Source of the DNA: Bacilli bacterium
Lineage (GTDB): Bacteria > Bacillota_I > Bacilli_A > RFN20 > CAG-826
NCBI GenBank assembly: GCA_045117995.1
Contig: JBGUOH010000003.1
Location: 216,994-280,993 of the forward strand
Reading direction: 5' to 3'
Length of the DNA stretch: 64,000 bases
The position numbers and the translations under genes are program-made. Of the stretch, positions 1 to 8,175 are shown in pieces. Each line of letters starts with the position of its first letter. Position 1 is the first letter of the stretch. Under the pieces are notes generated by a model that saw only the letters and a list, made by a program, of their open reading frames with translations, ran no database searches and was not told where the DNA came from.

Positions 1-200
1 TATCCAAAGTTCTCAAAATTGTCTTCTGTATCTTCTATCTTGACTTAACCTGGATGGTCTATCGTATCATCAAGAAAGTCAATGAAAAGAACTGGGCAAT
101 GATGGTTGTTTGGATTCTTATCGCCGTTTTCCTTGGCTGGATTTGGTGGATTGTCGACCTTATCACAGTCATTCTTAACGGAAAAGTTATCGAATTCTAA
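1..200 (+). CDS. 3' part of small hypothetical membrane protein (truncated by window start)
   Basis: Frame 3 open from window edge to TAA at 198-200: SKVLKIVFCIFYLDLTW...WIWWIVDLITVILNGKVIEF; hydrophobic; hairpin/T-run follows. Confidence 0.7.
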   Translation, partial: SKVLKIVFCIFYLDLTWMVYRIIKKVNEKNWAMMVVWILIAVFLGWIWWIVDLITVILNGKVIEF

Positions 201-308
201 TCCGACAAAAGTCTCACAAAGATTACTCCCTAGTCTAAGTGGGGCTTTTTGTTTTGTAAAAACACTTTGACAAAGACATAATAAAAAGATTATTATAATT
301 AAGCATTT

Positions 309-386
309 GGCGGGTGTGGTGAAGAGGCCTAACACACCTGGCTGTGAACCAGGCATTCGCCAGTTCGAATCTGGTCACTCGCCCCA
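309..386 (+). tRNA. tRNA-His(GUG), with encoded G-1 and CCA
   Basis: Cloverleaf; anticodon arm CCTGG-CTGTGAA-CCAGG; GTTCGAATC T-loop; TATAAT just upstream. Confidence 0.96.
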
Positions 387-397
387 AACAAGAATGT

Positions 398-422
398 AAT
401 CTCCGGAAACGGGGATTTTTTT
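398..422 (+). terminator. Intrinsic terminator after tRNA-His
   Basis: AATCTCCG-GAAA-CGGGGATT plus T-run. Confidence 0.85.
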
Positions 423-428
423 GTATCT

Positions 429-478
429 TACTATAAAATTTAATTGCACAAAATCTCCAAAAAATATGCAATTAAAAT
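429..478 (+). repeat. 50-bp direct repeat B, copy 1 (copy 2 at 1539-1588)
   Basis: TACTATAAAATTTAA[T/A]TGCACAAAATCTCCAAAAAATATGCAATTAAAAT, one mismatch. Confidence 0.92.
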
Positions 479-512
479 TGACTTTGCGTTTAAAATACGT
501 CAAAATATAGGC

Positions 513-1553
513 ATGAAATTCATTAATTTAAAAGAACAAGTATTGAAACTAAACGATCCTTTAATAATCTCTATGCTTCAAGCTGTAGAAGTTAATCGTG
601 GAAAGACTTTTAAGCTTCCTACAAAAATTAAATTAAATCGACTCCATGACTTAAACAAAAGAAGAAGTGTAACCTCGAGCAACGAAATTGAAGGCATTAC
701 AATCGAAAAGTATCGTGAAAATGATATTTTGCTCAAGCACATGAATCCTGAAACCAAGGAAGAATACCTATTGTTTGGTTATAACAAAGCTCTAGAGAAT
801 GTGTTTCAAGTGTATAAGTATCAATCTCTATCCGAATCGTACATCAAGGATTTGCATTATTTCTTATACGAGTCATTAACTCCTGAATTTGGTGGCCACT
901 ATAAATTAGAACAAAATTATATTCGAGAATATGACAAGAAGGGGAATTTGGTAAGGACTGTCTTTATTCCTTCAAAACCAGAAGAAGTAAGTGGATTGAT
1001 GGGCAATCTTGTCTACCAATTCAACGACTGCATGAAGGATCCGGAATGCAATGTTCTCTTAACGATATTTGTGTTTATAGTTGATTTCTTATGCATCCAT
1101 CCATTCTTCGACGGTAATGGACGTGTTTCAAGACTATTAACAACGTTTTTGCTTTTGAAATATGGCTATGGCTTAGATCAATATTATTCCTTTTCATATA
1201 TAATTTTAAATAACGTTGATAAATATTATGAAACATTAGAAAAATCATCCATTGGTTGGCACGAAGATAAAAATGACTATGCTTTCTTTGTGCATTTCAT
1301 GCTTGAGTGTTTAAAGGATGGATACATAAAGTTAGCATATATTCTTGACGTTAATTCGATGGAAGGCTTATCCAACGATAAAGTTTTAAGAGTAGTTAAT
1401 GATTCGAAAATGCCAATTACTAAGGCAGAAATTGAAGAAATACTAATCAATCTCTCAAGAACCACAATTGAAAAGTCATTAAAAGAACTTACTGTTTCTA
1501 AAAAAATTCAAATGATTCAAAGCGGTAGATACGCTAAATACTATAAAATTTAA
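513..1553 (+). CDS. Fic family protein with canonical motif, probable C-terminal wHTH
   Basis: HPFFDGNGRVSR motif; N-terminal inhibitory-type SNEIEG; start moved to ATG 513 behind TTGACT-N17-CAAAAT. Confidence 0.92.
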   Translation: MKFINLKEQVLKLNDPLIISMLQAVEVNRGKTFKLPTKIKLNRLHDLNKRRSVTSSNEIEGITIEKYRENDILLKHMNPETKEEYLLFGYNKALENVFQVYKYQSLSESYIKDLHYFLYESLTPEFGGHYKLEQNYIREYDKKGNLVRTVFIPSKPEEVSGLMGNLVYQFNDCMKDPECNVLLTIFVFIVDFLCIHPFFDGNGRVSRLLTTFLLLKYGYGLDQYYSFSYIILNNVDKYYETLEKSSIGWHEDKNDYAFFVHFMLECLKDGYIKLAYILDVNSMEGLSNDKVLRVVNDSKMPITKAEIEEILINLSRTTIEKSLKELTVSKKIQMIQSGRYAKYYKI

Positions 1554-1607
1554 ATGCACAAAATCTCCAAAAAATATGCAATTAAAATAGACCATATGTC
1601 TAAAAAT

Positions 1608-1710
1608 AGAGGCCTAACACACCTTGCTGTGAATCAGGCATTCGCCAGTTCGAATCTGATCACTCGCCCCAAACAAGAATGTAATCTCCGGAAACGGGGA
1701 TTTTTTTGTA
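1608..1710 (+). pseudogene. Degenerate 5'-truncated copy of tRNA-His plus its terminator (repeat A', matches 323-425)
   Basis: 103-bp direct repeat with 3 mismatches; lacks the first 14 nt of the tRNA. Confidence 0.9.
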
Positions 1711-1769
1711 GCGTTTTGCAAACAAAAAGCGGAGCTATCTAGCCCCGCGTTTTATTAATAATTATTTGT

Positions 1770-2330
1770 TTACCACTTATAATCAGTGTTTCTTGTAGCC
1801 AAGATGCTTCTATAGAAGCCTGTATATCTCTTCGATAATGTTAAGAAGATAATATAACCAACAATGTTGATACAAACGAATTCACCTAAGAAGACCCAAC
1901 CAAACATCATGAAGTAGTTACCAACGGTTAATGGGATTGCGTCATTGGTGCCCGCTGTTCCAAGGACAATAGTGAATGGAACAACAATCGCGTTTAATAA
2001 ACATGGGATTAATCCAGAGAAGAATAAGTTCTTAATGAATTTAGAATAAACGACCATTAATAAGCACGCCAATAAAGTGGTTAATGTACCAAAGACGATA
2101 TCGAAGATACCGTATAAGGAGAAGATGTTGGCTAATAAGCATCCTAATGTTAAACCAAGTGTGAAACTTGGGTTAAAGAACACTAATAAGTTTAATAATT
2201 CAGAAAATCTGAATTGTGCAAATTGGTATGATAAAGGACCACACGCAATAGTCACAACTGCATATAAGCAGGCAATGATGCCGTTTAAGGCAATGCTTTT
2301 AACTGTAAATAGACTTTTTAATCTCTCCAT
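1770..2330 (-). CDS. queT: QueT-family queuosine precursor transporter (ECF S component)
   Basis: IIACLYAVVT..PLSY...QFRFSELLNLLVFFNP...GLTLGCLLAN signature; hydrophobic. Confidence 0.85.
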   Translation of the reverse strand: MERLKSLFTVKSIALNGIIACLYAVVTIACGPLSYQFAQFRFSELLNLLVFFNPSFTLGLTLGCLLANIFSLYGIFDIVFGTLTTLLACLLMVVYSKFIKNLFFSGLIPCLLNAIVVPFTIVLGTAGTNDAIPLTVGNYFMMFGWVFLGEFVCINIVGYIIFLTLSKRYTGFYRSILATRNTDYKW

Positions 2331-3616
2331 TAAATTTCGTCCAATTCCTTTCTGATGGCTTTTTCGTCAAGATTTTGACCAATGAAGACTAACTTGATCA
2401 ATCTATCTTGATACTCGTCATCCCAGTCATGGGCGTATCCTTCATCGTTTTCTTTTAAGAATTTAATTTGTTTTGGGGTTAAGGTTGCAGAATACCATTT
2501 TCTCGATAAGGTAATGGTAATTTGCTGACCCGCTGATTCGTATAAATAAATGTTTTCTTTTTCGTTATTGAAGTAACATACACCTTTAGCTCTGATAATT
2601 TTATGTTTACCAGCTTCTTCTTTAGCCCAGTGTTCAAACTTTTCACTATCGAAGCCTCTACGGCGATAATACACGAATGTATTGATATCGTATTCTAAGG
2701 CAGTGCCTTCTTCTTCGTTTTCTACACCATGGTGGTGATGATGGTGATGGTGGTGATGGTGTTCATGTTCTTCGTGTTCGTGCTCATCGTCATCATCGTC
2801 GTCTTCATCATGGTCATGATGGTGGTGATGTTCTTCTTCCTCATCGTCATCATCGTCATCGTGATGTTCCACATCAGTGGACCAGTCTTCGAATTCTCTA
2901 ATCCACGCTGCGGATGTACTCGCTTTTTCAAAATCGAATAAGTTTGTATCAATTAAGTCATTAATATCAACTTTGCAGAAATCTGTTTCAATGATTTGTG
3001 CGCTTGGTTGTAAGGCTTTGACCGCAATCTTCACTCTTCTTAATTCTTCCGCACTCACTAATGAGGCTTTATTGAGTAAGACGATATCGCAGAATTCAAT
3101 TTGTTGAATAACTAAGTTTTCTAAGTTTTCTTCACCACGTGTCGCTTCTTTTAATGTTTCACCACAACCAAACTCATCTCTAAGTCTTAAGGCATCAGTG
3201 ACAGAAATGACCGCGTCTAAGTAATAGAATCTTGGTAATCCTTGTTTTTCAAATTCCTGTTCCATATAAGTAATTGTTTGAGCAATTGGGACAGGTTCAC
3301 AAATACCAGATGCTTCAATAAGAATATGATCGAATCTTTGTTGCTTCACTAAATCTGCGAGTTGATTGATTAAATCTTTTTTAAGTGTGCAGCAGATGCA
3401 GCCGTTAGATAAAGCCACTAAGTTATCGTCTTTACCAGAAACAACACCGTCATTTTCGATTAAGTCAGCATCGATATTAACTTCACCGATATCATTAACG
3501 ATAACGGCCATCTTATTACCTTTAGCGTTTCTAAGAATATGATTTATTAAAGTGGTTTTACCACTTCCGAGATATCCAGTTATTAATGTAATTGGGACTG
3601 ATTTGAAGTTTGCCAT
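2330..3616 (-). CDS. COG0523/CobW-family metallochaperone GTPase with His/Asp/Glu-rich insert
   Basis: GYLGSGKTT, NGCICC, EASG, NK motifs; CobW_C-like RAKG...LVFIG. Confidence 0.93.
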   Translation of the reverse strand: MANFKSVPITLITGYLGSGKTTLINHILRNAKGNKMAVIVNDIGEVNIDADLIENDGVVSGKDDNLVALSNGCICCTLKKDLINQLADLVKQQRFDHILIEASGICEPVPIAQTITYMEQEFEKQGLPRFYYLDAVISVTDALRLRDEFGCGETLKEATRGEENLENLVIQQIEFCDIVLLNKASLVSAEELRRVKIAVKALQPSAQIIETDFCKVDINDLIDTNLFDFEKASTSAAWIREFEDWSTDVEHHDDDDDDEEEEHHHHHDHDEDDDDDDEHEHEEHEHHHHHHHHHHHGVENEEEGTALEYDINTFVYYRRRGFDSEKFEHWAKEEAGKHKIIRAKGVCYFNNEKENIYLYESAGQQITITLSRKWYSATLTPKQIKFLKENDEGYAHDWDDEYQDRLIKLVFIGQNLDEKAIRKELDEI

Positions 3617-3728
3617 TTAATTAAAACCCTCTTTTCCAACCGGTATTGTATCACAAAAATCAAAATGTATATTAAAATATACTTAACAAAAATCAAAATG
3701 AAACTATAATACATACGAGGAAAAGAAT

Positions 3729-4058
3729 ATGAAGGTCGAATTAACACTAGTGTTAAAAACTACAGAACGTGCTTATGGTGCATTAGAAGCAATTAAAAGA
3801 GCGGGTTATAACGCCACCGTTATGACCAGTGAATCTTTAAGACACGCTGTTGACTATTATCCAGGCGAACATACATTCATCAATCTTAGACACGTCGAAC
3901 AAAGAGATGTTTTTGAAAGCATCTTAGGTGTCTTTATTGTGGAAAATGATCGTTTAGATGATTTAAAGAAAGTCATTCGCGAAACAACCAAGAATTTCAC
4001 AGAAATCAAAGGCTTCATGTATTCCAGAGCAATCGACGACTTTGAAGGCTCTATTTAA
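3729..4058 (+). CDS. Hypothetical protein, possible PII-like fold
   Basis: 109 aa; RBS GAGG; residue pattern resembling GlnB-like proteins; 5 bp before the antiporter. Confidence 0.55.
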   Translation: MKVELTLVLKTTERAYGALEAIKRAGYNATVMTSESLRHAVDYYPGEHTFINLRHVEQRDVFESILGVFIVENDRLDDLKKVIRETTKNFTEIKGFMYSRAIDDFEGSI

Positions 4059-4063
4059 GGATT

Positions 4064-5365
4064 ATGGAAGTCTTTTCGATATTTGCTTATGTGGCCGCTC
4101 TTTTGTTAGTGGCCTTGCTATCGACGCGTGTTATGCGTCTTATCAAATTACCTAATGTGACTGGTTACATTTTAACCGGTATCATCATGGGACCATTTTT
4201 ATTTGGTTTATTATTTAATAACTTCTCATTTGATGGCATCAAAGATGGTGCTGTTTATAAATTTGTTGACCAATTAGGTTGGGTTTCCACAGTGGCCTTA
4301 GGCTTTATTGCCTTTTCCATTGGTACATCATTTAAATTCAGCACAATTAAAGCTTTAGGTAAAAGAGTATTAGTTATCACCATTTTAGAAGCTTTAGGCG
4401 CTTCGTTATTAGTGGTGGTTGCTTTATTAGCAGCACACTTCATCTTCCCACAATACGTTTCCTTAGAATTAGCATTAACATTATCCGCGATCGCTAGTGC
4501 GACTGCTCCTGCAGCTACCTTGATGGTTATTAAACAATATCGAGCACATGGTCCATTAGTGGATACTTTATTACCAGTTGTTGCCTTAGACGATGCTGCT
4601 GCTTTAATTCTTTTCGCTATTTTATTCCAAATCGCTACCGCTTTAGCGGGTGGTTCTGTTTCTGCTTATGCGATTATTATTAAGCCATTACTTGAAATCA
4701 CCATCTCCTTAGTGGTTGGTGCGGTTTTAGGTTTTGTCATTAGCTTTGCTAACCGCTTCTTTAAATCTAGAAACAATAGACTTATTTGGAACATCTTCTC
4801 CGTCTTTGCCGCTTTAGGTTTCTACTATTTATTTAAGAGCCCAATGATGGGCGGCTTTGAACTTAGCTCATTGCTCACCTGTATGATGGCGGGTGCCATA
4901 TACACTAACTTCGTGAAAGAATCTGGTCGAACACTCGACGTTATGGATAGATTCACTTCCCCAGTCTATATGATGTTCTTTGTGATTTCTGGTGCATCCT
5001 TAGACTTAACTATCTTCTTCAATGGTGATGGTTTAGTGGTGGTCTTAATTGCCTTAACATATCTTGTCTTCCGTGTTATTGGTAAATGGAGCGGTGCCTA
5101 TGTTGGTGCGACTATCACTAGATGTGAACCACAAGTGAAAAAGTATTTAGGCTTTGCTCTTGTTCCTCAAGCGGGTGTTGCTATTGGTTTATCCACAACA
5201 GCGTATAAGTTATTCTCACAATATAGTGACCCATATATGCAAAAAACAGGCGCTTTAATTCTCGCCATTATCTTAACAAGTACGTTAATCTACGAACTAT
5301 TTGGCCCAATGGTGGCGAAGTTCGCTTTAAAGAAAGCTCACGAAATTCCAGAAGAAAACCTTTAA
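4064..5365 (+). CDS. Cation:proton antiporter (Na_H_Exchanger family)
   Basis: LPNVTGYILTGIIMGP, ATAPAAT, ALDDA, PQAGVAIGL motifs; polytopic membrane protein. Confidence 0.9.
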   Translation: MEVFSIFAYVAALLLVALLSTRVMRLIKLPNVTGYILTGIIMGPFLFGLLFNNFSFDGIKDGAVYKFVDQLGWVSTVALGFIAFSIGTSFKFSTIKALGKRVLVITILEALGASLLVVVALLAAHFIFPQYVSLELALTLSAIASATAPAATLMVIKQYRAHGPLVDTLLPVVALDDAAALILFAILFQIATALAGGSVSAYAIIIKPLLEITISLVVGAVLGFVISFANRFFKSRNNRLIWNIFSVFAALGFYYLFKSPMMGGFELSSLLTCMMAGAIYTNFVKESGRTLDVMDRFTSPVYMMFFVISGASLDLTIFFNGDGLVVVLIALTYLVFRVIGKWSGAYVGATITRCEPQVKKYLGFALVPQAGVAIGLSTTAYKLFSQYSDPYMQKTGALILAIILTSTLIYELFGPMVAKFALKKAHEIPEENL

Positions 5366-6450
5366 GCGTTTTCCTTCATTGGTAACTTCTTGAGTTCAGG
5401 CTTCATTAAGAAACTCTTAAATAGTCGTTTAACCACACGGTTGACGACTTTTTTATCATCTTTTTCTAAGCCTCTATATGCTTTCCAAACAGGTCCAATT
5501 TGTAATAATAAAGTTTTAAAGAAAGTGGTGATATCTTGGGTCTTAAAATTATCTAATTCTCCAAAGATAATTTCCGTAAATCTTTCACGGTCTTTCTCGT
5601 TTAAAGATTCAATCCAATAGTTAAGGGATTGCTCTAAGTATCTCGAAGAAATAGTTCTCTTATTTAAATAGACAAAATCATTGTTTTTAATGACCCATTC
5701 AAATGGGTTATGTTGCATTAATAAGAGGCTACGACTTTTAATAATTTTGATATCAGTTTCATTAGAAAATAAGACACCCACAACGGAGGATTGAGGGACA
5801 AACTTTGTGTACTTTTCTAATCTGTCTTCTTTACCTTTAAATAAACCTTTTGCTCTAAAGCCAGGACCATCAAAAGAATAGACCTTACTAATATGAGAAT
5901 CATCATCAATTTGGCTTAATAAGTAGGTACAAATATTACCACCCTTAGAATGACCACAGAGAATTAAATTCTCTTTTCTATATTTCTTAGTTAAGCGTTT
6001 GATAAACGCATCCATATGCGCATAAGAATGAATCTTATCCTTAAAGGACATTTGGAAGTCTTCTTTCCAACCGGTATAGGATGGATCAGTACCTCTAACC
6101 GCGACGATAATATCTTTATCACATTTCACCGCGATAACAGCGAACTGTGTATCTTTCTTTTTATCTAAAATATATTCAGTCGCCACTAATTCGGCTTTTT
6201 CAAATCTTGGTGAGTTATAAAGAAGTCTTAAGAACCTTCTAGAATATCTTGGTACAAAGGAACTAATAAAAGGATCTAATTGCTTATATTCATTAATATA
6301 TTTAAAATCACCAATCTTTAATGGTAGTTGGTCTTTAACATAACTAAAATCAAAATACGCCATCCATGACATCACAACAGCGTCCGCGACATTCGCAGGA
6401 GACTTTTTAAAGGTCTCTTCTGATTTTTTTATGTAACCAATCATATTCAT
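5362..6450 (-). CDS. DUF2974 / Mbeg1-like alpha/beta hydrolase
   Basis: RGTD...GWKEDF, GHSKGGN, FDGPGF, VPQSSVVG, QHNPFEW. Confidence 0.88.
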   Translation of the reverse strand: MNMIGYIKKSEETFKKSPANVADAVVMSWMAYFDFSYVKDQLPLKIGDFKYINEYKQLDPFISSFVPRYSRRFLRLLYNSPRFEKAELVATEYILDKKKDTQFAVIAVKCDKDIIVAVRGTDPSYTGWKEDFQMSFKDKIHSYAHMDAFIKRLTKKYRKENLILCGHSKGGNICTYLLSQIDDDSHISKVYSFDGPGFRAKGLFKGKEDRLEKYTKFVPQSSVVGVLFSNETDIKIIKSRSLLLMQHNPFEWVIKNNDFVYLNKRTISSRYLEQSLNYWIESLNEKDRERFTEIIFGELDNFKTQDITTFFKTLLLQIGPVWKAYRGLEKDDKKVVNRVVKRLFKSFLMKPELKKLPMKENA

Positions 6451-6523
6451 ATGATAAATATAATATCACTCATACCTTAAATCATGCTAAAGTAATTTCG
6501 TCAAAAAGGGAGAAAAGATCATA

Positions 6524-6901
6524 ATGAAAAACAATACCCCAAAAATGTTTAGATATGGTAACATCGTGAATACCGTCTATTTCATTCTTTCTATTTTAAT
6601 TACAGTCATTGGCTTTATTGTCATGATTGTTGGTGCCGTTAACGATGACCAAGCCACACTTAACAGTGGTTCCAAATCATTAGGCTATGGCATCCACTTA
6701 TTAGTCGCGACCATTCTTTGCAATATCTTTGTCAAGAAAGCCGAAAAGCAAGTTGAAGAAGACTATTACCGCAGCCTTGCTCCATTCATTAACGCGATCG
6801 TCTTCGGTGTCATTTCCTTCAACCCATTCTATGTCATCGCTGGTATCTTCGGTGTCATCGTCAACGGCCAAAAGAAAAATAATCCAGAACAAGCTGAATA
6901 A
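6524..6901 (+). CDS. Hypothetical membrane protein
   Basis: RBS GGGAG; 3-4 hydrophobic segments; terminator at about 6927-6950. Confidence 0.75.
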   Translation: MKNNTPKMFRYGNIVNTVYFILSILITVIGFIVMIVGAVNDDQATLNSGSKSLGYGIHLLVATILCNIFVKKAEKQVEEDYYRSLAPFINAIVFGVISFNPFYVIAGIFGVIVNGQKKNNPEQAE

Positions 6902-7120
6902 TTTCTTTAACCTTATTAGAAAAGTAGACCCAGTTTCTGGGTCTTTTTTCATGCATTTTTCTTTTCCTTTATTATATAAATATGCGCGCATAACGGGTGC
7001 GCAAGGCACAGTTAACCTATAATCATATCAAAAATTTTAACTCGGTATTTTTTGACTAAAAATATAGAGTTGCATTTATTTTTTCACATGTGTAATAATG
7101 AAACTGCACGAGGTGTACAT

Positions 7121-8161
7121 ATGAGAATGTTTGATTTACAGGGTGCTGTTAACAATCTTTTGAGCAACCCTAACATTGTTTCTTTACTTAATTCTATTGA
7201 ATTATATAAAGGCAAAACCACACTGGCCCACAAAATGAAAAAGGTTGAAAAGCTTACAGAACTCGCTTTTATCAGTGGTACTGAAGCTAGCAACGCATTA
7301 GGGACAGTTTTTATTGGCGATGACCGCATCAAAGCGATCTTTGAAAAAGGCCAATCCCCACAAACCCTTCCTGAATATCTATTCGTTGGATACTACAAGG
7401 CTTTAAAACTTATTGATGAATCCTATAAGTTCCAACCATTTGATCGTTCATTTATTTCCACATTACATTACTACTTATATAAGGATTACAATCCAGAAAT
7501 CGGTGGTAAATATAAAGATAGTATCAACTACATTCAAGAAAGAATGCCAGACGGCAGTATGAGAACTATTTTCGTCACTGCAGAACCAAGTGAAGTCGCC
7601 TCCTTACTTGACAACTTGGTGTACCAATTCAACTTGGTCAGCCAAAACGAAGAAGCCAATAAGCTCATTCTTATCTTGGCATTCCTTCTTGATTTCATTT
7701 GCATTCACCCATTCAATCACGCGAATGGTCGTGTCTCCCGCTTAATGCTTAACTTCTTAATGAAGAGATATGGTTACGATATTGGTAATTACTTCTCCAT
7801 TCCATATATCATGAGACAACGTTTCTCTGATTATATCGATGCATTTGAAGCTTCCTCCCAAGGCTGGGTTAACAACGAAAACGATTACACACAATTCGTT
7901 ACCTATATGTTAAAGTGCATCCTTGAAGCATATCGTAAACTCGATTACATCATGGAAGTTAATAACCTTAACGAATTAACAGTTGAAAAGGTTTATAAAG
8001 TCATCTTTGATAGCGCTAGACCAATCGGCAAACGCGTTATTCAAAATGTTTTATATGCGACAAGTTCTGCCACAATTGAAAAGGCTTTAGCAGAACTTAT
8101 CAAAGATAATCGTATCCAACTTATCAATAAGGGCAGATACAGCAAGTACTTTAGACTTTAA
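7121..8161 (+). CDS. Fic family protein with non-canonical motif
   Basis: HPFNHANGRVSR; clearly similar to 513-1553; RBS GAGGTG before ATG 7121. Confidence 0.9.
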   Translation: MRMFDLQGAVNNLLSNPNIVSLLNSIELYKGKTTLAHKMKKVEKLTELAFISGTEASNALGTVFIGDDRIKAIFEKGQSPQTLPEYLFVGYYKALKLIDESYKFQPFDRSFISTLHYYLYKDYNPEIGGKYKDSINYIQERMPDGSMRTIFVTAEPSEVASLLDNLVYQFNLVSQNEEANKLILILAFLLDFICIHPFNHANGRVSRLMLNFLMKRYGYDIGNYFSIPYIMRQRFSDYIDAFEASSQGWVNNENDYTQFVTYMLKCILEAYRKLDYIMEVNNLNELTVEKVYKVIFDSARPIGKRVIQNVLYATSSATIEKALAELIKDNRIQLINKGRYSKYFRL

Positions 8162-8175
8162 TAGGAGTTATTAAT

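Noticed and set aside
45..471. Minus-strand ORFs 45-356 and 235-471
   Set aside because: Antisense to tRNA-His and the partial + strand gene; no recognisable motifs
1554..1742. 62-aa ORF sharing MHKISKKYAIKID with the extended Fic ORF
   Set aside because: Artefact of repeat B' plus the tRNA fragment; the real Fic start is 513
2722..2952. Met/Thr-rich and Val/Met-rich ORFs
   Set aside because: Alternate-frame shadows of the His/Asp tract
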